Below, piece by piece: positions 1 through 10,500 of a stretch of 40,419 bases of DNA. The position numbers were made by a program, and so were the translations under genes. The stretch's first letter is position 1. Every line of letters starts with the position of its first letter. Source of the stretch: a virus. The stretch spans positions 1 through 40,419 of the IMG/VR virus record IMGVR_UViG_3300048080_000240. The stretch is one strand, 5' to 3'. The notes under the pieces were generated by a model. That model ran no database searches. It saw only the letters and a list, made by a program, of their open reading frames with translations, and was not told where the DNA came from.

Positions 1-127
1 GGTGACGATCAAGACGACAACCATCAACCCCGACGCGAGCGGCAACGTGGGCGCCGATGTCCAGGAGTGGCGAGGAACCGTGCCGCTCGTCCTCACCGCT
101 GCGGGGCGGGTCGATGCCGATGCGGTG
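1..127. repeat. Terminal direct repeat copy A: exact 127-bp duplicate of 40293..40419 (circular-closure overlap)
   Basis: Read directly: bases 1..127 (ggtgacgatcaagacgac...gtcgatgccgatgcggtg) recur base for base as the last 127 bases of the window, so the unique unit is 40292 bp. Confidence 0.95.
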
Positions 128-1387
128 GCGATCTCGGGCGACACGACGGCAGCTGACAACGTGGAGGCCGCCTTCGAGTCGGCCGGCGGGAACACGGCCG
201 TCATGCGGCTCGCTCAGCTTTCGGTCATCAACTCGGCGGGGTCAGCGATCGTCGCCACGGGTGGCGGGGCGGCGGGGCATGGCATCAATGCGACTGGAGC
301 CGGCACGGGGGCGGGGATGCAGGTCCTTGGTGGTGCCACCGGACAGGGGTTGGCGTGCTATGGCGGTGGCGCCACGCCGGCCAGCAGCCAAGAGGGCTTT
401 CTCGCTCAGGGCGGATCGAGTGGAGCGACGGGCGTCAAGATGGCCGCGACCACAACCGGGGTGGGGTGCAGGATCGAAGCGGGCGGCACCAACGCGACGG
501 GTGGGCTTGTCGTCGCGGGTGGTAATGGATCGGCAGCACTCCTCCAGGCGGCCGGCAACGGGAGCGGCATGGAGATCAGGGGATCAGGGACTCAGCCCGG
601 GCTTGCCATTGATGGGGGTGGAGGCGCCGGCGCCGCTGCACACGGCGTTGCGATCCGCGCCGGCAGCGCCAGCACCGCGGATGGTATCAATGTGATCGGC
701 CCGTCCGTGTCCTTCGGGACGGGCGGTTCTCATGGCATCCAGAGCGCAGGCAAGGCCGCTGGACATGGAGCGGTGTTGCTTGGGGGGCCGACCAATGGCG
801 CCGGGCTCGTGGCGGTGGGTAATGCCGCTGCGGCCGTGATCCCCAGCGGGAGTGCTCACGGGCTTTACGCCATCGCGGATGGCGGTGCAGCGGGTCTCCG
901 TGCCGAAGGCGGCCCGACGAACGGGCTTGGAATCGCCGGGCTCGGTAAGGGCACAAGCCCAGGGATGCGAGTGACCAACACCACGGGGGCGGGGATGGGT
1001 TTCAGCGCGATCGGTGGCCCGACCTCGACGGCCGGGGCCGAGATCAAGGCCGGCGATACTTCCAATGGTCATGGAGTCACCATCGAAGCCGATGGCACTG
1101 GGGTCGCCCTTCGCCTCACCCACGAAACCGGCCGCCACTTCACCACGGCGACAGTGGACGAGATCGTGGATGCGATTTTCGCCGAGGTCCAGCCCGGCGG
1201 CGCGACCTTCTCGGCCGAGATCCAGCGCATCCGCAAGATCCTCTGGAACCGCTGGAAGATCGACGTGCCCACCAAGCGACAGACCTTCTACGACGACGAT
1301 GGGGTGGCGACCCTCCGTGCCTTCGACTTGAAGGACTCGGCTGGCGTGGCGACTGCGACTGAACCCTTCGAGCGGGTGCCTGTATGA
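2..1387 (+). CDS. Glycine-rich tail fibre/spike-like protein, C-terminal segment (same gene as 40048..40419)
   Basis: Track ORF of 461 aa with no start of its own. About 330 aa of irregular G/A/T-rich repeats (AGHGINATGAGTGAG, GGPTNGAGL, GGPTNGLGI) suggest a beta-helical shaft, followed by a non-repetitive C-terminal ~90 aa. It lies in the tail module. Confidence 0.7.
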   Translation: MTIKTTTINPDASGNVGADVQEWRGTVPLVLTAAGRVDADAVAISGDTTAADNVEAAFESAGGNTAVMRLAQLSVINSAGSAIVATGGGAAGHGINATGAGTGAGMQVLGGATGQGLACYGGGATPASSQEGFLAQGGSSGATGVKMAATTTGVGCRIEAGGTNATGGLVVAGGNGSAALLQAAGNGSGMEIRGSGTQPGLAIDGGGGAGAAAHGVAIRAGSASTADGINVIGPSVSFGTGGSHGIQSAGKAAGHGAVLLGGPTNGAGLVAVGNAAAAVIPSGSAHGLYAIADGGAAGLRAEGGPTNGLGIAGLGKGTSPGMRVTNTTGAGMGFSAIGGPTSTAGAEIKAGDTSNGHGVTIEADGTGVALRLTHETGRHFTTATVDEIVDAIFAEVQPGGATFSAEIQRIRKILWNRWKIDVPTKRQTFYDDDGVATLRAFDLKDSAGVATATEPFERVPV

Positions 1388-1653
1388 GCGAAGTCATCCC
1401 GCGCATTACCACGATGGGCCTCGGCAGCCGTTGGCTCATCACATGGGGCTATGGCGGTGTCGCCGTGCCGGTTGGGATCGTCTGGACCGAATCGGTGTGC
1501 CAGGCAGCCCCCGGCGGCTGGGCCGAAGGTGCTGCTCCGGCGACGGGGTGGAGCGAAGGAACGACGCCGGCCGCGACCTGGACCGAAGGGACCCAGCCCG
1601 CCACCACCTGGACCGAAGGCACCGGGCCAACGACTCCCTGGACGGAGACCTGA
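1384..1653 (+). CDS. Small virion-module protein with Trp-containing decapeptide repeats
   Basis: ATGA overlap with the fibre gene stop. The 89-aa product ends in GWAEGAAPAT GWSEGTTPAA TWTEGTQPAT TWTEGTGPTT PWTET. Confidence 0.7.
   Translation: MSEVIPRITTMGLGSRWLITWGYGGVAVPVGIVWTESVCQAAPGGWAEGAAPATGWSEGTTPAATWTEGTQPATTWTEGTGPTTPWTET
1516..1650 (+). repeat. Tandem 30-nt (10-codon) repeat, about 4.5 copies, inside CDS 1384..1653
   Basis: Seen in both DNA and translation: tgg-(g/a)(c/g)c-gaa-gg units recur every 30 nt. A degenerate extra copy (VWTESVCQAAPG) lies upstream. Confidence 0.85.
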
Positions 1654-1656
1654 GCC

Positions 1657-2340
1657 ATGCCAGCGCTCGCCGTGACGACCGAAGAGATGATCGCCGAAGT
1701 CCGAGCGAGCATCGCCGAGCCCAGCGAAGGCTACATCACCGATGCCGAGATCACGCGCTGGATCAACTTCGCCCTTCTCGATATCGTGACCCGGGCGCGG
1801 ATCCTGACCTCCGACGCGAAGACGGGATCCGTCGCGGCCCAGAAGAAGTACGGGCTGCCGAGCGACTTCATGCTGGTTGAGAAGGTCTTCTTCCAGAACT
1901 TGGAGCTCGTGCCCCTCGACATCCACCAGCTCTTGACCGTGAGCGACCACACTGGCCTCGACCAGCAATCCGCTACGCCAGAGCACTACTACATCCGGGG
2001 CGCCCAGGACTCACCCCTCTGTCTCTTCCTCTGGAAAGTGCCGACCACGACGATTGCCGATGCGATCCACCTCTTCTACATCGCGAAGCCCGACGCCATG
2101 ATCGCCGGATCGACCTTCCCGCTCTCCTCGGAGTGGGCCTACGCGGCTGCGCTCTGGGCGACGGCCCGCGCTCACCGAAAGCAGCGCCAGCTCGCCGACT
2201 CACGGCTCTGCCTCGGCGAGTACGAAACCATCGTGGCCGAAGCGGAGAGTCGGCGGAACATGGGCCACCAGGTGGACCGGCCGCTCGAGATGAATGACTC
2301 GCGGGTGTGGGATCGGAACCGCTATCCGAGGACCTGGTAG
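1657..2340 (+). CDS. Virion structural protein, function unassigned (possibly adaptor/connector-like)
   Basis: ATG 1657 lies 3 nt after the previous stop. 227 aa with normal composition; assigned by position in the tail module. The N-terminus (EEMIAEVRASI...ITDAEITRWINFALLDI) is reminiscent of head-tail connector proteins, but this is a weak impression only. Confidence 0.5.
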   Translation: MPALAVTTEEMIAEVRASIAEPSEGYITDAEITRWINFALLDIVTRARILTSDAKTGSVAAQKKYGLPSDFMLVEKVFFQNLELVPLDIHQLLTVSDHTGLDQQSATPEHYYIRGAQDSPLCLFLWKVPTTTIADAIHLFYIAKPDAMIAGSTFPLSSEWAYAAALWATARAHRKQRQLADSRLCLGEYETIVAEAESRRNMGHQVDRPLEMNDSRVWDRNRYPRTW

Positions 2341-4326
2341 ATGAACCTCGACTTCCTCAAGTCCTTCATCAACTTCTCGGACGGCGGCAACTCCGATGCC
2401 TCGACCTTTTCCATCCGCGACACCGAGCTTGCCCTCCTCGACGCCGATGACCTGATCCTCACGAAGAACGTGCGGGTCGATCCGCTCGGGCCGGTGCGGG
2501 GTCGGCTCGGGACCCAGCTCTTGAACAACGCCACGGGCTACAACATTGCCGCCGCCGGCGTCATCAACTTCCCGATCAAGCTCCTCCATCGCTACTACCG
2601 CATGGACGGGACGCATCGGCTGGTCCTGACGGCGAACACGCGGTGCTTCTCGGTCCTGACTTCGGACTACACGGCGGGGACCAACATCCCGCCCTCGGGT
2701 GGTGCCGCGCCCGATCCCGCCTTCGCCAACACCGCATCGCAAACCGACGTGAACGTCCAGTGGGAGGCCCTGACCTTCAAGGATTGGGTCTACATGACCT
2801 CGCCGTTGGCGCTTCCGAAGCGCACCGACGGGACTTTTCTCTACCGCGTCGGCGAGGACGTGACCGCCGTGACGACCGCACCCTCGCTGATTGCGGGCAC
2901 GATCCCGGCCGGCACCTACTACTACGTGCTGACCAGGATCTACAGGGATGGGCTGGGAGAGAGCCCGGTCTCGGCCGAGTTCTCGTTCGTGCTCGGCGCT
3001 CCCGGTGGCATCCAGCACACCCTGCCCGCGCTCGAGCGCACCGACCAGACGGCTTGGAACCTTTACCGTTCGATCGTCGGCCAGCAAGGTGGCCCCTACT
3101 TCCTCGTCAACACCTCGCCGCTGGCCCCGGGAGCCTTCAACGACACCTTCCTCGAGGGTGCCCTTGGCTCGCGGGTGGATACGACCCGGATCGAGCCCTT
3201 CGCCTCGTCATTCTGCGCCATCCACCACGAGCGGCTCTGGCTCGCCCGGATCACCGAGAACCTGGCTTCGCCGCTCCGCTTCTACTTCGACCTCCAGTTC
3301 TCGGACGCGAACGCGCCCGACCAGTTCCCGGCCGAGTTCCGGCTCCGCTTCCCGAACCCGTCAGGTGAGCCCCTCACTGGCATCTGGAGCTACCAGGGCA
3401 CTCTCTTCCTCTTCACGATGAACCACGTCTTTGCGGTGATCGGCACCGGGGTTGAGCGCGGGGCGCGGGTCGGGATCCCCGACTACCGGGTGGTCCTCTA
3501 CGCCAAGGGGCCAGGCGCCATGAGCCAGCGGGTGATCCAAGAGCTGAACGGGGCGGTCTACTTCACCAACAAGACCGACGTGTGGCGGATGACCGGGAAT
3601 CGCATCGACTCGCTCTCCGAGTTCCGGGTCCGCCGCTTCCTCGCCCGGACGTTGGATACGGCGCTTGTGAATCGTACGACGGGCGCTATCACGCGGAACC
3701 AGTACCGCATCACCTACCCGAAGCTCGGCGGCACTGGCCTGCCGCAGCAGACGCTCATCTACGACGTGCAGGCCGGGGCTTTCGTCCCCGATGATGGCTA
3801 TCAGATCCATAGCTACTGCTACATGGCGGGCGAAGCCGATGCGGGTGAGCTCCTCGGCACCGCAGCCGAGAACAACTCGCTCCTCTACCGCATGGACTCG
3901 GGCAACACGGATTGGGGCGTGGTGCCACAAGCGACGAAGGCGGTGCCGCGGAAGTTCCGCACCAAGGACTTCGCTTTCGGCCGGGCGCTCGGTGACTTCG
4001 TGGCGCACAAGCATCTCGTGGTCGAGGGCACGGTCACGGGTGCCACGACGCTCGTTACGGCGCATCTCGACCGGGATAAAGCCTCGATCCAGGTCGGGAC
4101 GCTGCTCTTCGAGGAAGAGGGTGCCAATTGGGACGACGAGGGCTGGGACTTCTTTGATTGGGCGCTCACCGGACTCGTGACCCATGATATCTCGCTGCCT
4201 CAGTCGGCGCTTTCGGAGCGCATCGCACTCACGGTTGAACAGTCGGACCTGCAAGCACCCTTCGAGATCGAGCGTTTGACGTTCGGCGGCATGCACAAGG
4301 GCGCGAGACTGATCGGAGGAAGCTAA
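2341..4326 (+). CDS. Large tail structural protein (661 aa), function unassigned
   Basis: ATG immediately follows the TAG of the upstream gene. Long ORF with protein-like composition; the opposite-strand ORFs are Arg/Pro/Gly shadows. Confidence 0.65.
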   Translation: MNLDFLKSFINFSDGGNSDASTFSIRDTELALLDADDLILTKNVRVDPLGPVRGRLGTQLLNNATGYNIAAAGVINFPIKLLHRYYRMDGTHRLVLTANTRCFSVLTSDYTAGTNIPPSGGAAPDPAFANTASQTDVNVQWEALTFKDWVYMTSPLALPKRTDGTFLYRVGEDVTAVTTAPSLIAGTIPAGTYYYVLTRIYRDGLGESPVSAEFSFVLGAPGGIQHTLPALERTDQTAWNLYRSIVGQQGGPYFLVNTSPLAPGAFNDTFLEGALGSRVDTTRIEPFASSFCAIHHERLWLARITENLASPLRFYFDLQFSDANAPDQFPAEFRLRFPNPSGEPLTGIWSYQGTLFLFTMNHVFAVIGTGVERGARVGIPDYRVVLYAKGPGAMSQRVIQELNGAVYFTNKTDVWRMTGNRIDSLSEFRVRRFLARTLDTALVNRTTGAITRNQYRITYPKLGGTGLPQQTLIYDVQAGAFVPDDGYQIHSYCYMAGEADAGELLGTAAENNSLLYRMDSGNTDWGVVPQATKAVPRKFRTKDFAFGRALGDFVAHKHLVVEGTVTGATTLVTAHLDRDKASIQVGTLLFEEEGANWDDEGWDFFDWALTGLVTHDISLPQSALSERIALTVEQSDLQAPFEIERLTFGGMHKGARLIGGS

Positions 4327-5124
4327 GTGGGAACCGTCACCCTCCCGAATCCGCTGACTGCTGGCACCAAGGCCCGCGGTTCCGAAGTCCTCGCGAACGA
4401 CCAGGCGATCACCGCCCAGGTGAACGCGAACCTGGACGACTCGAACTACAAGAACGCGGCGATGACTGGCTCGACCAAGATTATCCCGCTTACCATCACG
4501 AACTCGCTCATCACCGCGGGGACCCTCACCGGGGACAAGCTCGCCGACCGCACGGTGCATGGGATCAAGCTCAGAACCGATGCGGTGCTCGGTGATGGTT
4601 GCAACATCTCCGAGCTCTACGCTGGAGCCGGGTCAGACGATACGGGCGGCTTCCCCAAGACGAACGCGGTGGCCGCGCGGAAGCAGCAAGGCGGCATGAC
4701 GATATGGGCCTACTTCGGCATCGCCGTCGCCGATGTCAACGTGAACTACATCATCGACAGCTCGACCGACTGGCGGGACCGCCTCATCATGGTCATGTTG
4801 GAGTTTACGACGGGGGTACTGCCGCGGGATCACATCCCTGGTGGGGCCAGCGATCACATTATCAATGGTCCGATGCGCGTCGCCGGTGCTATCGGCACAG
4901 GATTCAATGGTGGTATCTTCTACTCCGAGAACGGCCAGGACGGCACCGTGGGGGATCCCACTCGACAGATCACCTTGGATCTCGGCACAGACGCAACGAA
5001 CTCGATCCGCATTTTCGCCCTCGACACGAATGGACGACTCATGGTGCGAGCAACGGCGATTAGTGCGCTCGGCATCTCCATCAACGCAAAGATCGACTGC
5101 TCGCCGTCGATCGGGACGACCTAG
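4327..5124 (+). CDS. Tail fibre-like protein
   Basis: GTG start abuts the upstream stop. The N-terminus TLPNPLTAGTKARGSEVLANDQAITAQVNANLDDSNY matches the conserved N-terminal pattern I associate with phage tail-fibre proteins. Confidence 0.55.
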   Translation: MGTVTLPNPLTAGTKARGSEVLANDQAITAQVNANLDDSNYKNAAMTGSTKIIPLTITNSLITAGTLTGDKLADRTVHGIKLRTDAVLGDGCNISELYAGAGSDDTGGFPKTNAVAARKQQGGMTIWAYFGIAVADVNVNYIIDSSTDWRDRLIMVMLEFTTGVLPRDHIPGGASDHIINGPMRVAGAIGTGFNGGIFYSENGQDGTVGDPTRQITLDLGTDATNSIRIFALDTNGRLMVRATAISALGISINAKIDCSPSIGTT

Positions 5125-5126
5125 CG

Positions 5127-5513
5127 ATGGCGAAGCTACCCACGCGCGTCGAGCTGCCGAGCGATCCGGCCACGAACCCGCAAGGCCCGGCGGGGGTGAA
5201 CCACCTCTCGGATGATAACCTCGCCCGCGGCGGCGTGATCGGGCTCGGCTACGTCCCCCACGGGCTCGCCAAGGACAACGACGACCGCCGAGTAGGGGCC
5301 TTGGATGCCGAGCATGTCGTCTTTACGACTGCCGCGGGGGTGGATGTCACGGTGCCGCATCTCCTCAGGCGGGTGCCACGGCGGTTCATCCTCGTCAACG
5401 GGCCGGCCAGCGTGAACGTGCAGGTCTTCCGGGGAGCGACGGCCTGGACAGATTCGCGAGCCTACTTCCGCGCCTCGACGACAGGTGATAAGGTCACAGT
5501 CGAGATCGCTTAG
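5127..5513 (+). CDS. Hypothetical tail-module protein (128 aa)
   Basis: ATG lies 2 nt after the upstream stop; compact ORF with ordinary composition. Confidence 0.6.
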   Translation: MAKLPTRVELPSDPATNPQGPAGVNHLSDDNLARGGVIGLGYVPHGLAKDNDDRRVGALDAEHVVFTTAAGVDVTVPHLLRRVPRRFILVNGPASVNVQVFRGATAWTDSRAYFRASTTGDKVTVEIA

Positions 5514-5522
5514 GAGAGAACC

Positions 5523-6260
5523 ATGCCGCGCACACCCACCGACCTACTCGAAGATGAAGACCGCACGACCGACCCGCTGTCCTCAGTACGGATCCGGCGG
5601 GGGGCGATCGAACGCCAGGAAGCCGCCGAGGCGGAGCATTTCGGCCAGCTCGGCGCCGAATACGGTGTGAGTGCCGAGGAGTACCGCCGGATCGGTCCCG
5701 AAGAGCTACAGCGGCGCGCGAGCCAGGCCCGGCAACGAGCTTTTCTCGAAGAGGAACTGGCGAACATCCGCGCGGGTTCCGGCGCACTCCGCGAGCGCGC
5801 CGAAGAGACCTTGACCCTCGGGCGGCGGGGGATCCGCGAAGGTGAGCGGCGGCGGCTCGGGCAGGCCGAGACGAGCCTGGCCGGACTCGGGCTCTCGCAA
5901 TCCGGGCTCTCGGAGCGGGTGAGGCGGGCGGAGCGGGAGACCACGGCCTTCGCCGAGGCTGACCTTGAGAGCCGGGTCCGCATCACCGAGATGGACGAGA
6001 TGTTCAAGGCGGAGCAGCAGGCGATCGACCGCCTCTTCGCCTCGGGGGAGAACGAGCTCGGCTACTTCCGGCAGGTGCGGCTTCTCCAGATCCAGGCGCA
6101 GTACGCGAAGGAGCTGGCCGAGATCCAGTCCGGCAACGCCTTCTTCAATATGCTCGGCTCAGCACTCGGGACGCTCGGGACGATCGCGCTCTACTCCGTG
6201 AATCCAGCTCTCGGAGCTGCCGCCACTATCGGCACCGCCGCGGCAGGGGATGAAGACTAA
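5523..6260 (+). CDS. Internal virion/ejection-like protein (coiled coil with hydrophobic Gly/Ala-rich C-terminus)
   Basis: AGGAGAG RBS 5 nt upstream. Charged Glu/Arg-rich helical body, then FFNMLGSALGTLGTIALYSVNPALGAAATIGTAAAG. It is the first of three genes preceding the lysis cassette. Confidence 0.45.
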   Translation: MPRTPTDLLEDEDRTTDPLSSVRIRRGAIERQEAAEAEHFGQLGAEYGVSAEEYRRIGPEELQRRASQARQRAFLEEELANIRAGSGALRERAEETLTLGRRGIREGERRRLGQAETSLAGLGLSQSGLSERVRRAERETTAFAEADLESRVRITEMDEMFKAEQQAIDRLFASGENELGYFRQVRLLQIQAQYAKELAEIQSGNAFFNMLGSALGTLGTIALYSVNPALGAAATIGTAAAGDED

Positions 6261-7579
6261 TGGCTAAGGGTGCGGCTTTCGCTTCGGGCTTCGCCCAGGG
6301 CGCGTCGAACGTCACGGCGCTCCTCTTCCAGAAACGGCTTCGCGAGAAGGAAGCCGAGCAGGAGGAAGCGCGGAGGATCGCGGGCGAGACGCGGCTCTTC
6401 GGCCGCCAGCAGACCATTCTTGCCGGCGAGCGAGCCGAGGCCGCAGGGATCCGGGGCGAAGCCTTCCGGGAGAAGTACGGGCTCCCACCGGCGGCCCTGA
6501 GACCGCTCGGGCCGGGTGAGCAGGGGCCGACGCCGGCTGGCCCCGCCGAACTTGAGGCCGCGATCCAGGGCGCACCGTCCTTCCTGCTCACGAAGGCCGA
6601 GACCACGCTCAAGACGAGCGAAGAGATCCGCCAGCAGGCTGCTCGCCAAGCGGGCGAGGACGTGCTCTCGCTCCCCGATTTGCTTCGGCTCGGGGGCGAC
6701 ATCCAGCGGGCCTACGGCGAAGCCATCGACGCCGTGACGGCGATCGCGGCGACCCCGGACGGTATGCGTCAGCTCGCGAGCTACGACGCCGATCCGTTCA
6801 AGGCGCTCAACAAAGCCGCCGCGATGGTCGCGAAGCCCGCGATCGACCAGATCATCGCCCTGGTGCCATCGGCGGAGCGGGGCCGGATCGTGGGCATCCA
6901 GGGTATCGAAGTCGTCCCGCCCGAGACGCTCCGGGCGCAACTCCGCGCGGGCCTCCACGTGGAAACGGATCCCGCCAGGGCGCGGGCTGCGATTGCGAGC
7001 TTCACCCAGGCGCTGAAAGATTTGGGCCAGGTGCCGAGCCAGGAGGATTCGGCGGCGGCCGCGACGGCGTTGGCGCGGATCGAACAGGCATCGACCGGGG
7101 TGGAGGGCTTCGGGTCACCGACATGGCAGCGTATCCTTGGTCACCCGTTCGGTGTGTTGGGTCCGAGTCTTGAGGGGACTACCGGGTTCCTCGGTAGGAT
7201 CCGCGGCCCCGTGGCGACTGCGGCGCGAGGGCTCGCTTCCCAGGCCACCCGTACTGTCCCGATCCCGTTCCTCCGGGCACCAGCCGTCACAACCACGAAG
7301 CCGGCCCCTCTTGGCGCGGCCCCAACCATTACAGCGCCGAAGCCCGTCCCGAAGCGCCCGAAGATCGCCACGACCTCGGCTGCGGCGGAGCAGATCAAGG
7401 CCAAGGCGGAAGCCTACCAGGCCCTCATCGAACGGGAGACGGTGCTTCTCGCCCGGGCGCGCCAGGATCTACTCCTCGGCGGTGCCATCCGTATCGCCAT
7501 CGAGGAAGAGCTGCGCCAGGTTCAGGACGAGATCCGCCGGCGCGGCGGCACGCCCCAGCCGCTCGAGGTCGGAGGGTAG
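6260..7579 (+). CDS. Internal virion/ejection-like protein (439 aa)
   Basis: TAATG overlap with the upstream gene. Ala/Glu/Arg-rich helical protein. The call rests on its position between a small internal protein and the giant protein. Confidence 0.4.
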   Translation: MAKGAAFASGFAQGASNVTALLFQKRLREKEAEQEEARRIAGETRLFGRQQTILAGERAEAAGIRGEAFREKYGLPPAALRPLGPGEQGPTPAGPAELEAAIQGAPSFLLTKAETTLKTSEEIRQQAARQAGEDVLSLPDLLRLGGDIQRAYGEAIDAVTAIAATPDGMRQLASYDADPFKALNKAAAMVAKPAIDQIIALVPSAERGRIVGIQGIEVVPPETLRAQLRAGLHVETDPARARAAIASFTQALKDLGQVPSQEDSAAAATALARIEQASTGVEGFGSPTWQRILGHPFGVLGPSLEGTTGFLGRIRGPVATAARGLASQATRTVPIPFLRAPAVTTTKPAPLGAAPTITAPKPVPKRPKIATTSAAAEQIKAKAEAYQALIERETVLLARARQDLLLGGAIRIAIEEELRQVQDEIRRRGGTPQPLEVGG

Positions 7580-7582
7580 GCC

Positions 7583-10500
7583 GTGCCCACGGCCGCCGAA
7601 GAACTGGCTGCCTGGCACGCGGAACTCACCCGCGGCGAGGAACCAGCGCCGGTTGCCGCTCCGCGCCGGGAGAGGGGCCGCGGGATCCGGGGGATCGCGG
7701 TCGCCGGCTTCGAGCGCACCCTCGATGCGCTTGCCCGCTCCGAGTACGCCTCCGCCTCGGCCTTCCGGGAGCTCCTCCACGAGAAGCCCGAGGAGGCCGC
7801 CAAGGCCGCCCTTGAGGGCTTCACGGCGAAGCGGAAGATCAGCTACCTCGACATCGCCGCCGAGGACTTCAAGCTCTCGACCAAGCCCTTTTTCGCCATC
7901 CCGGACATGCCCTATGTGCCGGACTTCATCGAGCACATCGCCCGCGGCGTCCTCACGCCAGCCGGCGTGACGGGGCTCGCCCTCGGGATGGTCCTTGATC
8001 CGCTCTCCTGGCTCGGGGTGGGGCTCATCACCAAGGCGGGGCGGCTTTCCCAGCTCTCCCGCGCCGCGACGACAGCGAAACGCGCCTTCCCCATCGCCGA
8101 GGCCGGGAAGCTCGTCTTCCCCAAGGGCTCGATCATCCAGCGAGGTTCGGCGCTCGCCCGGGAGCTCGAGCGCGAGTTCGCGCGCACGGGGAAGATCCCG
8201 GAGCCCCTGGCCTCGACCCTCGGCGGCCAGGCGGCTACGGGTCAGCGGGCGCTCCTCCAGATCGCCGAGCCGGTGATCCCCTTCACCCGCCTCCAGGGCC
8301 GGCCCATCCTCCAGATCCCGGTGCCCGGCGAGCGGGCCGTGTTCGAGGCGGCGACCAAGCTCCGCGACCTGATCCGGGTCCGGGCGCCGCAGGTGGACGC
8401 CGCACTCCGCCTCTTCTCCAACTTCGGCGTCCCCGCCTGGGTCCTTGACGATCTCGCGCGCCTCAAGGCCGAGTTCGGGATCCGTGACGAGGTGCTCGTG
8501 AAGCGTCTGCAAACGATCGGGCGCCACATCGGCCGGGAGGAGCCGGGCTACGAGGGCCGGCTCGAGAAGGTCATTCGGGCGGTCGAGACGACCGAGCCCA
8601 TCACCGAGGAGCGGCTGCGGACGATCACCCGCTCGGTGCCGCTCGAGCATCGGGTCTTCGGCACCGCTCGTTTCGCTACGTCCGCGATCGACGAGGCCAC
8701 CGGGAAACGCGTCTTCCTCCCCGACCAGAACGAGCTTCAAGAGATCCGCCGCCGCCTCGGGCTCGCCCCCGAAGCGAAGATCGTCCGCATCGAGGACCTC
8801 GGGTCTCAGTCCGTCCTCTCTCCCCGCTTTCCGATCTCGGCCAAGTTCTCGGAGGGCGTCTGGTCCACGCGAGTCATCGAGGACTTGAAGGAGTCGGGGG
8901 ACTTCCTCGCCCTCGAGTTCAGGGCCGGCGAGGGCCTCGCGTTCAACCCGGAGTGGGGCGAGGGCATCGACCGGGTGCTCGTGGACTTGGACCTCGCTGG
9001 CCGCCCCGAGGCGATCCAGGCGCAGATCCGGGAGCTGGCCGAGCGGGTCCCGAAGATGACGACCGAAGAGCGGGCGGCGGCCGAGCCGATCCTCGAGGGT
9101 CTCGCCCGGGAACGCGACCGGGCGCGTCTTGGCGGGCCGAGCAAGTGGCGGGTGGTCCTCATGGGCCGAAACCCGCAGACGGGTGCCCACGAGGCCCGGA
9201 AGGTCATCCATGTCCAGACGATGGACGAAATCTACCGCGACGTGATTGGCCCCTTGACGGTGAATCGCCGCCCGGAGGAGTTCTTTGGGCGAGCCGTCTT
9301 CTTCGACTCGGAAGCGATCGAGCGGATCAAGGACGAGGCGAAGCGCCAGCACCGCTACAAGAAGCTCTATGCGGCGCGGGCGAGGATGGCGGGCCGGGTC
9401 GAGGAGGCGATCGAGGCACGGAAGCCCGAGATCATCCAGGAGCGCGCCCAGGAGTTCCAGGCCCTCGAGGCTTTCATGGCGAAGATCCGAGCACTCGGCG
9501 GCATCAACATCGCCGGCACCGGGGTTGTGTCGCCGGTGCCCTGGGCCGGGCTCGACGAGGCGTACATGACTTACGCCAAGCGGATCGGCCGACCTGCCGA
9601 GTCGATCATCCGCCCGGGTGGCCTCAAGATCGCCAACGAGGACGTGCGGCGCCAGCTCGCCGAAGCCACGGGCTACAAACCCGGGGAGGCGGCGGCGTTG
9701 ACCGGAGAAACCGCCGCGGCCGAGGTGGACGCCGCCGCCACCTACTACGCCGCCGAGGCTCGCCGCTGGCTCAAGGAGACGCCTTGGGCCGAGGCCAGGC
9801 GGAACCTGCTCGAAGCCGACAACCCGGACCTGCTCAAGCTCGAGCGCTACGACCAGGCATTGGTCGGCCTCGGGCTCCGGGAGCCGCCCGTGGGGCGCCC
9901 CGGCGTCCTCTTCCGCCGTGGCACGGCTCTCGAGCGCCAACGCCGGAAGGAGCTCCAGGAGTTCGCCAAGGGACCGCCCGTCGAGGTCCCGACCGAGCGG
10001 CCCCTTGAGGTCGGGCGCATCACCCCGAGGCCCGGCTACCAGGAGATCCGCCAGATCGCCGCCGAGGTCGAGGAGATCGAGCGGTGGCGGGAGGTCCTGC
10101 CGCGCTTCTCGAACCTGCCCGACGACTTGCGCCGCGCGGCAGTCGGGCTCGAGAAGCTCTACGCCGAGTATGCGACCGAGCTGCTCCCCCTCGGCGGGAT
10201 CCAGGCCAGGATTCCCGGCTATCTGCACCATCTCCGCTTCGACGCCCTCGAGCGCTTGAAGGGTGTCGCCGGGTTCGTCCGACTGTCCCGCTCGACTCCC
10301 ATCCAGATTCGGAAGCCGGGTTTCGGGCGCCGTCGCACCATGCGCGAGGGCCTCCTCGACATCAACGAGCAGATGGGGAAAGAGTTCTTCCTCCGCGACG
10401 TGCTCACGGCGGCGGCAATCTATGGCCGGGAATCCAACCGCTTCATCGCCACCGCCAACTTCGTTGACCGCACGATCGCGAAGATGATCGACGACGGCTC

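Noticed and set aside
1-127. The terminal repeat read as a biological direct terminal repeat, or as a duplicated gene fragment
   Set aside because: The repeat is exact, lies in the middle of a coding region and preserves its frame. It is better explained as the overlap produced when a circular or circularly permuted genome is written out linearly. True termini need read-level evidence.
1-5124. A diversity-generating retroelement targeting the fibre genes (considered because of the fibre genes and the podovirus-like layout)
   Set aside because: No ORF in the closed genome shows reverse-transcriptase motifs (no YxDD box in a suitable context). I saw no template/variable repeat pair near the fibre gene 3' ends.
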